A stretch of DNA of 64,000 bases. It comes from Octopus sinensis. Its lineage: Eukaryota. The notes beneath the pieces are model-generated. The model had not been told where the DNA came from. It saw only the letters and a program-made list of their open reading frames with translations, and made no database searches. This document shows positions 11,560 through 25,870 of this stretch, piece by piece; positions within the stretch are counted from its first letter, which is position 1; each line of letters begins with the position of its first letter. The position numbers and the translations under genes were made by a program. The DNA is taken from NCBI RefSeq assembly GCF_006345805.1, contig NC_042997.1, positions 65,038,001 through 65,102,000 of the forward strand, read 5' to 3'.

Positions 11560-12020
11560 TCCTATTATATAAGGTTTCATTTTCTGGTTATGAGCTGCAG
11601 ATTCCTGAATTGTTTTTATGATATTAGTTTAATGTTGGCGTTTTGTGTACGCTTCCGCATTCTTGGTTATCTTCGGAAAACTAGTGAATTTTGTGGATAT
11701 GTATCGAATGCTCTTTGGTTTCGTAAAAGGTTACTATCATTTCGAGTTTATTTTAAATACTAATCTAAAGAATGCGAAATGATAGAATATTGTTTCATCT
11801 GTCGTTTACTAAGAGAATCAGATATCTATTACTTCATGATCAGCACGTCATCAAAGAATACCATAGTATTATTAGGATCTTTTAAGTTATCTATCGTAGT
11901 TAACAGTGCATCATCACTCATATTGAGTCTCTGTTCCGTTCATCATGAGATGTAGGTCCGAAAGTGTAATGCTTAGATAGGATTTTGTGAACTGAATGTG
12001 TCCCAGGAAACATTGCTTAA
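11560..12020 (-). pseudogene. Possible Polinton/Maverick packaging-ATPase remnant (heavily decayed)
   Basis: Minus strand gives DDALLTTIDNLKDPNNTMVFFDDV (Walker-B-like hhhhDD), then stop-interrupted ISD..KR..SHS..TRND and QF..KPY, in the spacing I recall for Polinton ATPases. No Walker A found. Confidence 0.4.
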
Positions 12021-13024
12021 TCATTGATATCGAATTCCTATTCGGGGCTTATCTTTCTTTGTGAGGTAAGTGTAATCCTTGATCACTGTCACATTATTAT
12101 TCCACATTTTCGAATTATTTGTTCGCTTTTGCATTCTTTAAGATTACCCTGATAATGATACTTAAATCACTTTAGTTATTTAGAAATATTCACCATATTT
12201 GTAGAAAATGTCAATGTTGTTGTCGATCGTATTATCGCATATTTTCACTATGCTCTTACTGAGCAGCACAACTTGTTACAGTCTCTGATAATGCGTATCC
12301 AGGAATACACCATCCAACATGTACTTCTAAATTCAAAAGAATATTTCAAAATATGAAAACAAATATGGCTACTTCTAGTAGATCGAGCAACCACGTTGAC
12401 GCTACCAACTTATTTGTGTTGATAGTAATGGTGTGCGAATTTTTTTTAATGCTGTATGTGTTTCCTGTTCATTTTCAATTAAAACTATATCTATACAGTA
12501 TATAATGCTGTGGTATTCAATATTACCTAAAATCCATTATTGCTTTCTGTTGAAAAATGTTTTTTAATACTACAATTTTTGTCTTTATTCTCCAGTCATA
12601 TGAGTTTTAATTTGTAATTTAGTTTAATGCCGCAATAATTACGTTATTTTGGAGCGTTATTAATTTCTAATCCTTCCAGTTTGTATCTGCGTGTAGCTTC
12701 CTGTGGTTAGATCCCTCCAATTTGTTCATTTTCTAATTAATTCTTACAAGTTTTCTTTCACATGAATAATTCAAGAAATGTTATCATTGTTTCCATGTAT
12801 ATTTCCTAAGATCGACATTCAGTGCAATTACCTGAGATTTTGACGCTGGATTTTTAATATGTATAGAAGAGTTAAGTAAAGTACGATTCAATAGAATTCA
12901 AACGTGACAACAGGCTAAAGTACACAGTGTTATTGATGATGGTTTTATCTCATTCCCTTTCCCAGCAATAAAATATATTGCAGACAGATTCTAAACAGAT
13001 TTATGAATCAGGCACACGCACATG

Positions 13025-13033
13025 TGCACTCAC

Positions 13034-13068
<35 letters not shown>

Positions 13069-13118
13069 CAGACACACACACACACAAACACACACACAGA
13101 CACACACACACACACACA
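13025..13118. repeat. (CA)n microsatellite
   Basis: Direct reading. Confidence 0.95.
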
Positions 13119-13344
13119 TTAATAGCTTGTTATCTGGAATTATTTTCCGAGTATCTGCATGTCAAACGTTGTGCATTTATCAAACATTTTTAAATAAACA
13201 TTTTATTGACTAATATATATATATCAATAACCATAAGAAATTATATTTACGTTTTTCCTTCGCACAAATGGTTTTATTTAAACATTACACATACGGCAGG
13301 ATAAAAAAAGAAATATTGATAAATGTTGTAATATTTTAGGAAAT

Positions 13345-13740
13345 AGACGGTCAAAATGCTTAGCGGCATTTCGTCCGTCTTTACATTGAGTTCAAATTCC
13401 ATCAAGTTCGATCTGTTTTTTTATTCCTTCTGGGTCAATACAATAAGTACCAGTTGTGTGCTGGGGTCAATATAATTGCCTTACCCACTTCCCCGAAATT
13501 GCTGGCCTAGTGTCAAAATTCGAAATCTTGAGTTAGCGAGCTCGTAGAATCGTTTGCACGCAAGTCAAAGTTCTCATCAGCATTTTGTTCCTTTTTATGC
13601 ACTGAGATCGAAATGTGACGGTGTCGACTTCGCTTTTCATCGTTTCGGTGTCGACAAAAAAAGAACAAATCGAGTACTGAGTCGATGTAATCGACTTCTC
13701 CCCTACCCCGAAATTGCTGATTTTGTGCAGGTTATGTGAA
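13345..13740 (+). mobile_element. Two tandem diverged SINE family B monomers
   Basis: Both have ..AATTC../..CTTTTCATC..TCGG..AGTAC..GTCGATGTAATCGACTT..CCCCGAAATTGCTG. The second starts ~13533. Confidence 0.75.
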
Positions 13741-15399
13741 GAAATGACTACGTTGCTGATTGTGTAAATAAATATACGCATTCACCCACATTCTGGTAGA
13801 GTACACTAATGCAATTAGCATAGATGCTGAATGAACTGTAACATTGTCCACATACCTTTAGGTGTAGTGTTCGAGCAACAGAAATAAGACATATATATCG
13901 AGAACGAGAGTACGGGACAATCGAATATTTCAGTAAATTAATAGATTACATTAAGAGCATCCTGCAAGATGCGCAATTATACGAGAAGGGACTGAACCAA
14001 ATAAGGAAATTCTGCAAGCCTTTCCGAAGCCTAATAGAACTATGCATATAGCTATGTCATATGAAGAAGATATTTCCGATTGAACAGATGGAGTCGAAAA
14101 AAGACGTGTACAAGGGATTCTTGTTTAAGAACACCTCCATGTACAAAACCCCACTGCAACACTTAAGTGAAATAGGCAGGAATGTTTGGCTATTTCCCAT
14201 TCAGATCGAGATTTAGATTTCTCCTGCTCAGCGTATGCAGAAATGCTGAAAGATTTGTGAGAGACACAAAGACTGAGGAAGGCAGATGGATAAGGTTTGG
14301 GGAAACAGCAAAGAAGAAACTTGTTGGATCTTGAACAAGAGAGGTGAAAACAAGTGAGGAAAATAATTGGTTATCACTATTGTTCTTCGTTTTCTGATCA
14401 AAAATAATTATATACATTTGAGTGACTTTGCTGGCGTCTCTTGAACATATGTATCCAATAGATAAAAATATATGCATATATATACACACATATGCAAATA
14501 CACACGCACACACATATTTTGTGCGTTTGAGGCTATCAGTGTTTTAGAGTTTTGGAGTGCTATTTATTATTTATCTATCTAGTGAGATATTTAACGTAGG
14601 ATGATATTAATTTTTCATATACTTGAGGCTTGGGTTCGTAACAACTACAATAGAAATTTTAAATTGTTAGTACAAATATTTAACATTAGGCATACATATT
14701 TCGTGCTTTGCATGTCGTATCTATTAAGCATGTACATATAATTTTATGCATCTCTTCATCTTCAATTGGACATGTCTTTTATGAATTCATGTCCATTTTT
14801 TCAGAACACACTGTAAACCAAAACTAAAATAGAGTTAAATAGTATAAAACCTCACTGTTAGCATGAAAATAACGTCATAAATACATTTTTCTATACTAAT
14901 TACCTGAAAAATATAGATTTCACAGACGAACTGCTTCATTTTTTTTCTTTTTTTGATTGTTCATCAGAGAAAATGGACCTTGCTTCTTTCCCCCAATGAA
15001 CAGCATAGATCAGCTGCTTATAATTTAGTGCTGAATTATGATAGCTCCATGAGGGATTCTATAAATTTTGTATTTGTCATTTTGACGGTTCGTTATTGAA
15101 TTTTTTTCTCAAAAGCGTGAATATGCAATCAAACACGCGACTAGTATAATTCCTGCATGCTTTTTAAATAACTGACTTTCAGTTAATTGGGTTAATTCTG
15201 GGTTTATGTTACTTAAGGAGCGCTCAAAATCCATGTGGTGGTCCGTGAGGAAACTCACTAGTTTTTTTTTTTTTGTTTTCCACAACAAAAGGGTTCAAAT
15301 AATGTTGTTATATTCTAATTTGTATTTAACTGAACATGAGGTATAATATATTTCAGTTCTTTGAATTACTGCGCATAAATAGACATTGTTTAATAACTA

Positions 15400-15900
15400 A
15401 GAAACCAGCAACAGCACTAATTCGCAAATTAGGCTATCCATCAAGGTGCTTATCTTATAAGCAGCTTATCTGGTCTCTTGATTAAGGAGGGAAGTTCATT
15501 GTTTTGAAGTTGTATTCTATGACTGGGATTTTAGATTATATATATGCTTACTATCTTGTTTCTATCAGTGACTTAATTCTTTAATAATAGCAATACGCTT
15601 TCTTAATTCTTCTCTCTCCTATCCGAGCATTGTATTTCATCAATTTTCTTTCAAGTCTAATTGTCTGAGTTCACTTCATCTAATTTAATATTCTCCCTTT
15701 TATATAATCTGTTACTTTTTATAGTAACTTTGACACCTTCGACTAATTCCTTAGACGTCTTAATATCTTAGCTGAATTCATTTTACTTTTATTTTCCAAG
15801 TAACGAATTTCAAGCCATTCATATGATTTATAGCTGGTTTGTGTCATCCGCATCTAATTGGTACCTTTGTTCAACACATTTATTAAGGGTCAAAAATTAG
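15400..15900 (-). pseudogene. Very old LINE RT-domain remnant, possibly Dong-like
   Basis: Weak translation DRNKIVSIYI..IPVIEYNF..MNF resembles LNAKNKIIGINTLAVPVISYSYNILNW of the 3964-4995 ORF. Many stops. Confidence 0.3.
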
Positions 15901-17108
15901 TAAAAGTATTTGAGGTGAACAGTTTCAATTAGCTTTAATCAACTTTTATTTGATTTATAATACTGTAGATATTTTCTCTTTTGGTGTTGCGAAGCTGGTA
16001 AGTTTTGCTAAATTTTGACAAACTAGAAGGTAGAACGCAAAAAAATCGTATCTGTTTTACTAACAAATATCTGTGTTACTCTAACTACCTTTAAGCTGTA
16101 CGAATGTTATCTTTCCAATAAACGTTACATATTTAGATAGTTTACACTCTTTCTTTAACAATAACATGATAACCGCAGCTGGAATACATTTAGTCATCAT
16201 TTTCTCGAATAGTCTCCTAATCTGGCGCTAAACAACAATCATTGTAATAATAATAACGACAACAGATCTCCTTCCATAAAATTTTCGCCTTCATTTATTC
16301 CAAGCCATTATGGTAGATTCCGTAATCCTACTGCTGAGAGAAAATAATTTTGACGCTTAAAATAGAATACCGTTCTACAAATAACGTGAGACAAATAACA
16401 TGATCAAGAAATTTATCACAATGAAGGCAATAATATTTACAAAAAAAATAGGAGTGTACTTATAATAGAAATCACACGCAGGGTACATACAAAAATATGA
16501 TAGAATAATTCAGTAACAATGATGTAACAGACAACCTTCCTAATGCACAGATATTTTAAATAAACTGTACTTTTTTTACTTTTAAATCTCTCACAATTTA
16601 TATTTATATTTCCAAGATAAAATAAAATGATTTAATGTAATTCCGTCATTTAATTTTTCTCATTGTCATTTTGGATTAAAGGGGTTAAGATGAGCTGAGG
16701 AATTACAGAAGAATGCATTTATCCAAGACACCACACTTATTAGTGAAAATAACTCCTTGAAAAAGGTTCATAGTTCCGTATTGTTGTGAGACACGTATAC
16801 ACACTTACATATGTACAAACAATAATACCACACACATGTCTGTGTAAGTATAAACATATATAAATACTAACACACAACACAGACACATGATATTCATTGT
16901 AATATATTATATTAATATTCGTTTTTATATTCAGCTATAATAAAAACAATTTTACATGAATGTGGCGGACTACTACATACTTTTTAGTGTACAAATTTAT
17001 TATTCTTTAAAAAAGATAGTGTTGACAACAATGACTTCGAATTTTCCGCCGAAACTTCGAAGAAACTGTTAGCACTATTCTTGTAAAAAACAATACATAC
17101 AAACGCGT

Positions 17109-17166
<58 letters not shown>

Positions 17167-17171
17167 CACAC

Positions 17172-17221
<50 letters not shown>

Positions 17222-17263
17222 ATGTAGGTATAATGATATATATATATATATATGTATATATTT

Positions 17264-17294
<31 letters not shown>

Positions 17295-17333
17295 ATATAT
17301 GTATAATGGTATATGTTTATAAATATATATATA

Positions 17334-18577
17334 CACAGACATGCAGGAAGTAACTAGACACCTTTAATTTTCAAAATTTCTTCTTATGTTTTCAGCGGTG
17401 TAGAATTTACAGTATAATTATTCTTTTTCCTTCCAGGTGCCATTATATTAAAGATTTGCAAAGAGTAACCATGTCACGCACAAAAGCTATTGCAGAACTA
17501 TCAGATTTTCAAAGAGGTCGTATTGTTGGGCAATCTGAGGCTGGACTTAGCCAGCGAAAAACTCCCGAAAGTCTTCAAATTCCTCTCGCTTATGTTAATA
17601 GAATTATAGTGCAATTCAAAAGTCAAGGAAAAGGATGAACAGATTCTCATCCCGGCCGACCTGGGCACTCGGAAGGGAAGCTTCGCTGTTTGAAGAGAAT
17701 TGTGGAAAATAAACCCCGGTCGAAGGCTTCTGATATTGCAAAGCAGCTAGAAGTTACTCCAAGAACGTGTGTTACATATCTGCATAAGCTTGGGTACTAT
17801 GGACGAGCAGTTAGAAGAAAACCTCTCCTTCAGCCAATTAATATGAAAAGAAAGAAATGGTCTAAGGAGGTGTCAAAAAAATCCAATTCATTTTGGGATA
17901 GAGTGATTTTCTCAGATGAATCAAGATTTGCATTATTTTCAGACAGTGGACGTGTTTGGGTCTGGAGGCTTCCCAATCAAGAATTTGATTTGAAACATGA
18001 CGGTATCTCCGTAATGGCATGAAGAACTGTCACCAGCAATGGTAGTCCTGGGCTGATCGAATGTGTTGGAACCACAAACTCTGGAAAATACGTCGAAATA
18101 CTTAAACAAGGACTACTTCCGATGTATTCACAGGATAACAACGAAAATTGATTTTTTTTTTTATTCATGGAAGATGGGGCTCCATGCCACACAGCGAAAA
18201 GGAATCAACAATGGCTGACTGAAAATGGGATCGAAAAGCTAGCTTGGCCAAATCAATTTTCTGACATGAACCCAACTGAAAATCTGTGGGGCATACTAGA
18301 TAGAGTTATACGAAAAACTCGACAGAAACCTCAATCTAAACATGATTGGTTTCGAGTGTTGCGTGAAAAGGGGGCAGAAATTTCACAAGAGACACTCACA
18401 AAGCTCGTCGGTTCAATGCAAAAAAAGATTTTCTGAATTAAAAACTGCAAAGGGAATATCAACTAAGTACTAAAGTATGTCGTCCTACATATCGATTACA
18501 TTTCAAGTGTTCACTTTGCGTATTCAATAAAAAAAATTGAAAATTAAAGGTATTTATTTACTCCCTGCAAGTCTGTG
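17334..18577 (+). mobile_element. Tc1-family DNA transposon fossil (DD34E), 1244 bp with TIRs
   Basis: ~40-bp imperfect TIRs CACAGACATGCAGGAAGTAA.. / ..TTACTCCCTGCAAGTCTGTG, TA on the left. Transposase pieces: LSDFQRGRIVG (HTH), VIFSDESRF, MEDGAPCH-(34 aa)-NPTENLW. Stops and frameshifts. Confidence 0.93.
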
Positions 18578-18621
18578 AATAAACACATGTGTATATAATA
18601 TATATAATGTAAGTATAATTG

Positions 18622-18689
<68 letters not shown>

Positions 18690-19505
18690 CATACATATGA
18701 GAGGGATTACCACTATGTGGACACCGTAATGCTAGAAGTAGATCCGCTATGGTCTTACCACTAAGAAATGTTCTCTAGAAAGTTTAACAAGCACCAGAAA
18801 CTTAAGCGAGCAAGACAAATGAAAAGTAACAAAAATATATATTAATCATAAACACACACACACATATATATATACTAAGAAATGTCCCTGAGTTATAGAT
18901 TTGAAGTAGTCAGAATGTGAGATAAATTTTTCAAACTGCATGCTGTTGAAATGTTACAGGAAATGTATAGTCGGTTTCTAATACTAATGTCTCAATCCAT
19001 TTGGATCATTGAACTTCTATCTTCTGCATTAATGATATAGACCTATTAATCTCCGTTATAAAACCTACATTTATATTTATGCTGAAAATACAATAAAATA
19101 TGATGGAAGAGGTTACTAGATCTCCATTTATGCTAGCTCACTCCTTCAATGTATTTGATATTTTACTCTGATCACCTCTTCATCTTCGAATGTCTTCTTC
19201 TCACTTTATCTTTCCTCTTTTCTCTATTATTCCTTTAATATCATATTCTGTTCCTCTCCGTATCTATATCTATTTTAACCAGTTTATCTCGTCCAAAGAA
19301 AAGATGCTGAATTCTGGTATTTTCATCAAATCAATGATTGCTGTATTCTTGGAATTAAATAACACAGTATCCTCAGATTCTATTTCCCAGTATTTCAGAA
19401 TATTTCGAAGTGAACAGGTGGTTTTGACATTTAATAATTCTGTGTAACTCTCGACATTTCCAGTGCATGGCATCAACCGAAAATATAGATATCATATACA
19501 TATAG

Positions 19506-19552
<47 letters not shown>

Positions 19553-20634
19553 GTATGTATGCATATATATATATGTATGTGTATAAACGTATGTAAACGT
19601 ATATTTGTATGTATGTATATGTATACTAATATGTAGACAGACATGACTCGAGTCATATTAGTATAGGTGTACATCCACACAGACTTATATATATATATAT
19701 ACACACACACATACACAGACACACACACACACACATATATAATAACCGGTATAAATGTTGGTTGGTTGGTTAATTTCATTTGTTACGCTTTAAGCCAAGA
19801 TTCTCAACGGGAGCCATATACCCACACCTGGAGGACATTTGAAGGTCGGTGGAGGAGCTTTGGAGCAAAGGGGCCCTATGGGTGTTAAAAGACTTGGGGT
19901 CGCTAGGGGGCGCTGGAAGATCCTCAACTTTGGTAAGTTTCATTTGAAATTAACCAGTAGTGATCATATTTTTACATGTCTGTGAATGTCAGTTTAAAAA
20001 AAAACGTCTTCTTGCTTCAAACTCAAAAACTTAAAGCACTTTTCACTTTTTCAATTTTATTTTAAGGTACCTATTCTTCCTTTTTAGAATTATTATTCAC
20101 TCCATAAATCTGGAATCTGATAGAAGCTAAAATATAATGATTATATATATCATTCATATTTTGTATGCTGGCGGGATTATACAACTAAATTACCCGTTTT
20201 CTTTTCTTAATCCTTCGTGAATAATATGGGGTGTGTTGTTACCCCAATTTTATTAATGCTTGTAATTTCTAAAAGGCAACGTTATTTTCTTTTTACTCCC
20301 TTCCTCTACTCTTGTGACTATGTGATGGTGTGTTGGAGGTGGTGTGGTGCAATCGTGGCTCAGATGTTGAGAGGTAGACGTCGTTTTGTATAGTCACCCC
20401 ATGTTCTTTGCTCTCCCGAACATCTTTTCTGTAAATTTGTATATGTATACTCACAAGCCTCAAAATAAACTGAAGCGCCGCATATTCAAGAAAGTATGTC
20501 TGGTGCTTTTAGAAGGTATTATAAAATGGAGACTCCAGGACATTCGTCTGTTAAAAAGTCTCAGAGCACGTATCATAAGACTGTTGTCCGAAGCCGCAGT
20601 TGCATCAACCTCACAGCCATTGCAAGGCCAGGCA

Positions 20635-20904
20635 AAGTACTTATTCTATCGGTCTCTTTTGCCGAAATGCTAAGTTACAGGGACGTAAACACACCATCAT
20701 CGGTTGTCAAGCGATGTTGGGGACACACACATACATATATTTATATAAACATATATATGCATATATATACGACGGGCTTCTTTCAGTTTCCGTCTTCCAA
20801 ATCCACTCACAAGGCTTTGGTCGGCACGAGGATATAGTTGAAGACACTTACCCAAGGTGTCACGCGGTGGGACTGAACCCAGATACATGTGGTTGGTAAG
20901 CATA
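20635..20904 (-). mobile_element. SINE family A, 3'-truncated
   Basis: TACTTATTCTATCGGTCTCTTTTGCCGAA...ACGACGGGCTTCTTTCAGTTTCCGTC...GGGACTGAACCC. Confidence 0.85.
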
Positions 20905-21457
20905 ATATCAATCAGCTACAAGAGTTTAAAACTTCTCAGCAGTGATTGCAGATATATCCTGAACCAATAGAATGAGTATATTTTGCATAATACTAAAACT
21001 ATAAACATTTTCGTATTGGGGTATGTAAACACTCCATGTGACTAATCTTGATCTGAAAGGTCAGGTGACTAACGAAGGGTTAATTTGCATGCGTGAATTC
21101 TCTGAACACATTGATAAAATTCACCGTTTCTTATTTTCTTTTCCCCAATACAATACTTAATAATAACCTTCACCTGAAGTAGCATATATCAGACATATGG
21201 AGAAACCCAGCTCTTATTGTAAATTGTTACACAAAATTCATAAATACGTGTACTATACACTATGTATCTATGTTCGCCGTTGCGTGTGCGTGTGTGTGCA
21301 TCTGTGTGTGATTATACTTACGTAACACCGTTTGTGAATTGAAATTTCAATTTATCATATAGACAGTGATTCGTTTCAAGGTTCTAAACTATATTCCTAT
21401 CATTGACAGATTTATCTTACAAATTTAGCGTCTCAAATCCTGCTTATGTATAATCTA

Positions 21458-21766
21458 TCTTTTATTTGTTTCAGTCATTGGACAGCGGTCATACTAGGAC
21501 ACCACATTGAAGGGTTTAGTCGTACAAGCCAATCCTTTCAATAATATTTGTTCAGCTTGACACGTATTCTACCGCTCTTCTTTGTCGGACCGCTAAGTTA
21601 CCTGGAAATAAACAAGCCAACCCTTGTTGAAAACGGCGAAGACACACACACAAATATATATTCGACAGGTTACTGTTCTTTTACGTCTACGAAATCCACC
21701 CACAAGGCTTGATCAATTCGGGATTATAGTAGTGTAAGACACACAGTGGGACTGAACCCGGATCCT
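21458..21766 (-). mobile_element. SINE family A (diverged)
   Basis: TTTATTTGTTTCAGTCATTG...CCGCTAAGTTAC...AAATCCACCCACAAGGCTT...GGGACTGAACCCGG. Confidence 0.75.
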
Positions 21767-22029
21767 TCTTATTAGACAGCTATCTATGCTTAATATCTTC
21801 CCCGATTCGAAATCTTATGTTTAGTCATCATTCGTGAATACACTCAACCGATTTATATTCTACTTTTTATTTGAAAGCGTGACGATCCCTCGAAAATTTA
21901 ATAGTTTTAGTAATGTTACGGATAACTTATTTTGTATTACTATAATGAATAGGCATACATTGGAAACTATTTTAAAAAGAAACTCGATAACAAGAGTGTA
22001 TTTTCACTGTTTGTATTATGGAATTGTAT

Positions 22030-22115
22030 AATGTTGTTCATGTTTTGTTGACTTGGCGGTGTCCCAGCATGGCCACAGCTCGTGAGCTAAAACTAGATAA
22101 AATGAAAAATGAAAA
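22030..22115 (+). mobile_element. Isolated 3' tail GGCGGTGTCCCAGCATGGCCACAG, probably a LINE 3' end related to the SINE A tail
   Basis: Shares GGCGGTG.(C/T)CCAGCATGGCC.CAG with the SINE A 3' end but has different upstream sequence. Confidence 0.5.
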
Positions 22116-25100
22116 TATGTTTTGCGTCTGCTTACCAGTCTTTATTTTTTGAGGAAGGACTGCCCAGCCGCTCATTTTGGTCGTCCATATTTTTGTTTCT
22201 TGAATTAAACTGTAATTTGGTAACTTTGGGGTATTTGCTTGTATATATGAATATCGGTTACGTTTACAAGGGTAATCTCTGTGAGTGCACGGAACTACAC
22301 CCCAGGATCCGTTCCTATCAACTTCTAATAATTTTTACTGTTTCTGGATAGTGGAAATACTGTAATACCCGAAAGACACTTTAATATATATCCAATGTTC
22401 AAATAAGAAAGATTAGTGTCTCTATCATGGTAACAATAATGACAAAGGATAGTTGATATCTAAATTAAATGCACTGGTTGGTAAGGCAACAACACCGTTT
22501 TTATACTAGGGCCTTCGTCAAAGGATAGAAGCAGACTTAAAATACTTGCTATTACTAGAAATATATAAAACTTTCCAGCCTTCAGTAATGTGTCTGAACC
22601 AGTTCTGAGCAGCTATAGAATTAAAATTTCAGTATTCCTTTTTACTAATAACTTTGTTAATGTACTTGACAACATTTTTTATCAGAATACTCTACATACA
22701 GAAGATGCTCAAAAATGGCTAAAGAAGAAATGGTTCAAATTACTCATCATTATTTCAAATGTATTTTTCAAATTAGCCTGCACGCGACGTTTGACCTAGA
22801 TGGTTTTTGATTTCGGCACAAGACCATCAGTTTTGAAAGGAAGGTGTTAGTCAATACTTTCGACAGTAGTATTAGTCTGCCACCTTGCTTTATCAACTCT
22901 GACGGGATGGATGTAAAAATTTTCGTCGGCAGGATTAGAACTCAAAACATTGCAAAATATTTTGCTGCTAATTTTGCCTATTCACTGCCTTGGAGTGAAG
23001 TAATGAAAAGTATACAATCCATTATTTCAATTAGCTACAACTTTAAAGCAATGAAATAATACATACCCTTCGTCTTCCCGATGTCTCAGCCATCGAAATT
23101 ACGAGAGGTTTGCTGTGACATAAAGAAATTCTATGCGGCATGAATGAAAACAAAATACTCTCAGTGGAATCTCAAACGTGTCTGAAAAAATCATCTCAAA
23201 TATATATGAAGACTTATTATCTAAGTAATTTTAAAACAGGTAATTTTTTATCACCAGTTACTTACAGAATTATACACTATTATATTAGTTTATTAATTCA
23301 ATATAAATAAATTAATAAAGAATTTTAAAAGAGCAAGGTATGTTGATAGTTTCCTTGTATCTTGATGTGTCTTATTATTTCAACCCAGTAGTGATTCGAA
23401 AGAAATTTATTCCAGATAGAATTCGAGCTTACAACCAAGAGGGCAACAAACTTTAATACGTTTCGTCTTTTGTAAAATATTTTAGAAATGATTTTCTAAT
23501 GAACACACAATATTAGCATTAAAATAGACAAATATTTATTAATTTACATTTCATTTATTCAGTTGTAAATTTCTTTGCGATGTTCGTTTGATTTATTATT
23601 CTCTTCCTTTCGCAACTTTTTATTTCATTAAATTTAGTTTGTTTGTTTCTCACACAAAAGATAGGGGAGGAGATAGAGAACAAAAGATTGTGGAGACAGT
23701 GACATATAGAGAAAAATAAGAAAGATTAATGAGAGACTGAGGGTGAGTAATTTAAGCCAGATTCACAACTTTCAAAAAATAGAAAAGATAAAAAGCATAG
23801 GAAGTGACGCCCCAAATCGAACAATTATCGGAAATTAATCAGTAATTATCAGATGAAGAGGAAATATAATTCTAGTGTGTAAATTTCAATTAGTATTAGG
23901 TGCCACTATATGAAATAATGTAAAAAGCACAAAGCGATGATGTATTAAATTTCCTCAAAGTGAAAAATGCTCGCTGCATTGTTTGCATCATTTAATATAG
24001 ACAAGATTTTGTTTTCTCTTGTTAGAAAACAATATCTTATAACTTCCTAGATGGCAGGCATCCCCCAGCGTTAATTTTCAAAGATTAATAATCAATAGAT
24101 AGAAGATAATTCCATTTGTCTTTATCTGTAGAAGATACGCAATTCTGAATAACATGGATTTTCTTTGCCTCAAGCAAAGTAATATTTCACTAAGTAACAT
24201 GATCGATTAACTTACAACCAAAATATGTTACAGAAACACATGCGAATGACACTGAGTAGATGAAAGCAAAGTCACTCCCTTGGGATATATTAATATATCA
24301 TAAAACTCTAATATGCAAAATGTGCAAAATAAGTACACATGTTTGTTATTGGAATGCTAGTCTGCAAATATTGGTTTGTTGCTATAGAAGAAAATACGCT
24401 TCTTGTCTCGTCATTGCAATCTTTCTATGGTCATATTTATTCATCAGTTTTCCAGTCATTCAATCTGTTAACCGTTTGACATAGAATACTACACAGCAGT
24501 CAATAAGACGATATTTATTGGTCTCTAGAGTCGAAAGTCACAAAAGCAGATGGTCACGGCTGGGAATTGTTAGCAACGAGCTGACATCCAACGAAACAAC
24601 AGTACAGCATTACAAATTTAACGATAATTTGGAAGTTCAGGAACATGATTTTGGACCCTCGCATCAAATGAACCAATGAGTAACATGGTAGCAATTTTAC
24701 GCTGAATTCTAGTTATTTTATAGAAAATATACGTACTCATTCGGTTTATTAATGTGAAAGGACGATCATTTACAGCGAAGAGATAAGTGAGTGAATACGT
24801 ATATTAAGATAAATAAAACTCTGTATATTGTCACTTATGATGTAAATTAAGAGATATTTTCTGGGTTATATTTGCGTAAGGAAGCATAATCTACCAATGC
24901 TTTTTGTAAGGTTTTCTAGAAAGATAATATGAGTGATATTAATATTTTGTTTGAATGTATGCAAATCAATGTGTCTTGCATGAATTTGGACAAAAAGCGA
25001 ATTCGAAAGGGATGAGATTCTAGGAAGGATTTATGGGTCAACTAATTTAGACCGTTGTTTTGAGAGATAAAACTAGAAATAAATACACTTCTTAAATATG

Positions 25101-25469
25101 AAATACTTATTAATTTTCAAAAGTTGAAAAAACTTTAATAGAAATGATAGAAGAGAAAGTGAGAACAAACAACATGGAAGTGAAAATGTGGTTTAACCTT
25201 CAGTGGGATATCAAATATTTGAGTGCCAACTGTGTGTTTGTGTGCATGAGTATGTTTGTGTGAGTGTGGTTGTGTATGTGTGTGTGTGCGGAAATCTTGA
25301 TCTGACTGATTTAATCAGTACGCAGAGCGGATTGTGATTTTGCTTTGTTGCCGTTTAACAGGTCATTAGAAAGAATTTTCGGAAAAAAAGATAAAGCTTT
25401 GGCATGAAGTTTAATGATAAAATATATGTTTGGTTTTCATTTGACCACAGAGCGCAGAGCATAAAACTT

Positions 25470-25870
25470 CTTTTCTACTCTAGGCACAAGGCCCGAAAGT
25501 TTGGTGGGGATAGGAGCCAGTTGATTAGATCAACCCCAGTACGCAACTGGTACTTAATTTATCGACCCCGAAAGGATGAAAAGCAAAGTCAACCGCGGCG
25601 GAATTTGAACTCAGAATGTAAAGACAGATGAAATACCTATTTCTTTATTACCCACAAGGGGCTAAACATAGAGGGGACAAACATGGACAGACATAGGTAT
25701 TAAGTCGATTATATCGACCCCAGTGCTTAACTGGTACTTAATTTATCGACCCCGAAAGGATGAAAGGCAAAGTTAACCGCGGCGGAATTTGAACTCAGAA
25801 TATAAAGACAGATGAAATACCACTAAGCATTTCACCCGGCATGCTAACGCTTCTGCCAGCAGGCTGCCTT
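25470..25870 (-). mobile_element. SINE family B, dimeric copy
   Basis: Two copies of TTTATCGACCCCGAAAGGATGAAA(A/G)GCAAAGT.AACCGCGGCGGAATTTGAACTCAGAA joined by the same linker as at 5709-6103. Confidence 0.88.

Noticed and set aside
13920-14400. Purine-rich stretch that may be an old RTE-like LINE 3' region
   Set aside because: No diagnostic motif survives translation.
19795-19925. Possible hAT/Charlie-type MITE end (..TTCTCAAC..)
   Set aside because: No matching second TIR or TSD found.
22470-22520. Minus-strand TTGACGAAGGCC...AAAACGG hammerhead-like trace
   Set aside because: The 3' side of stem II and the G of GAAA are missing.
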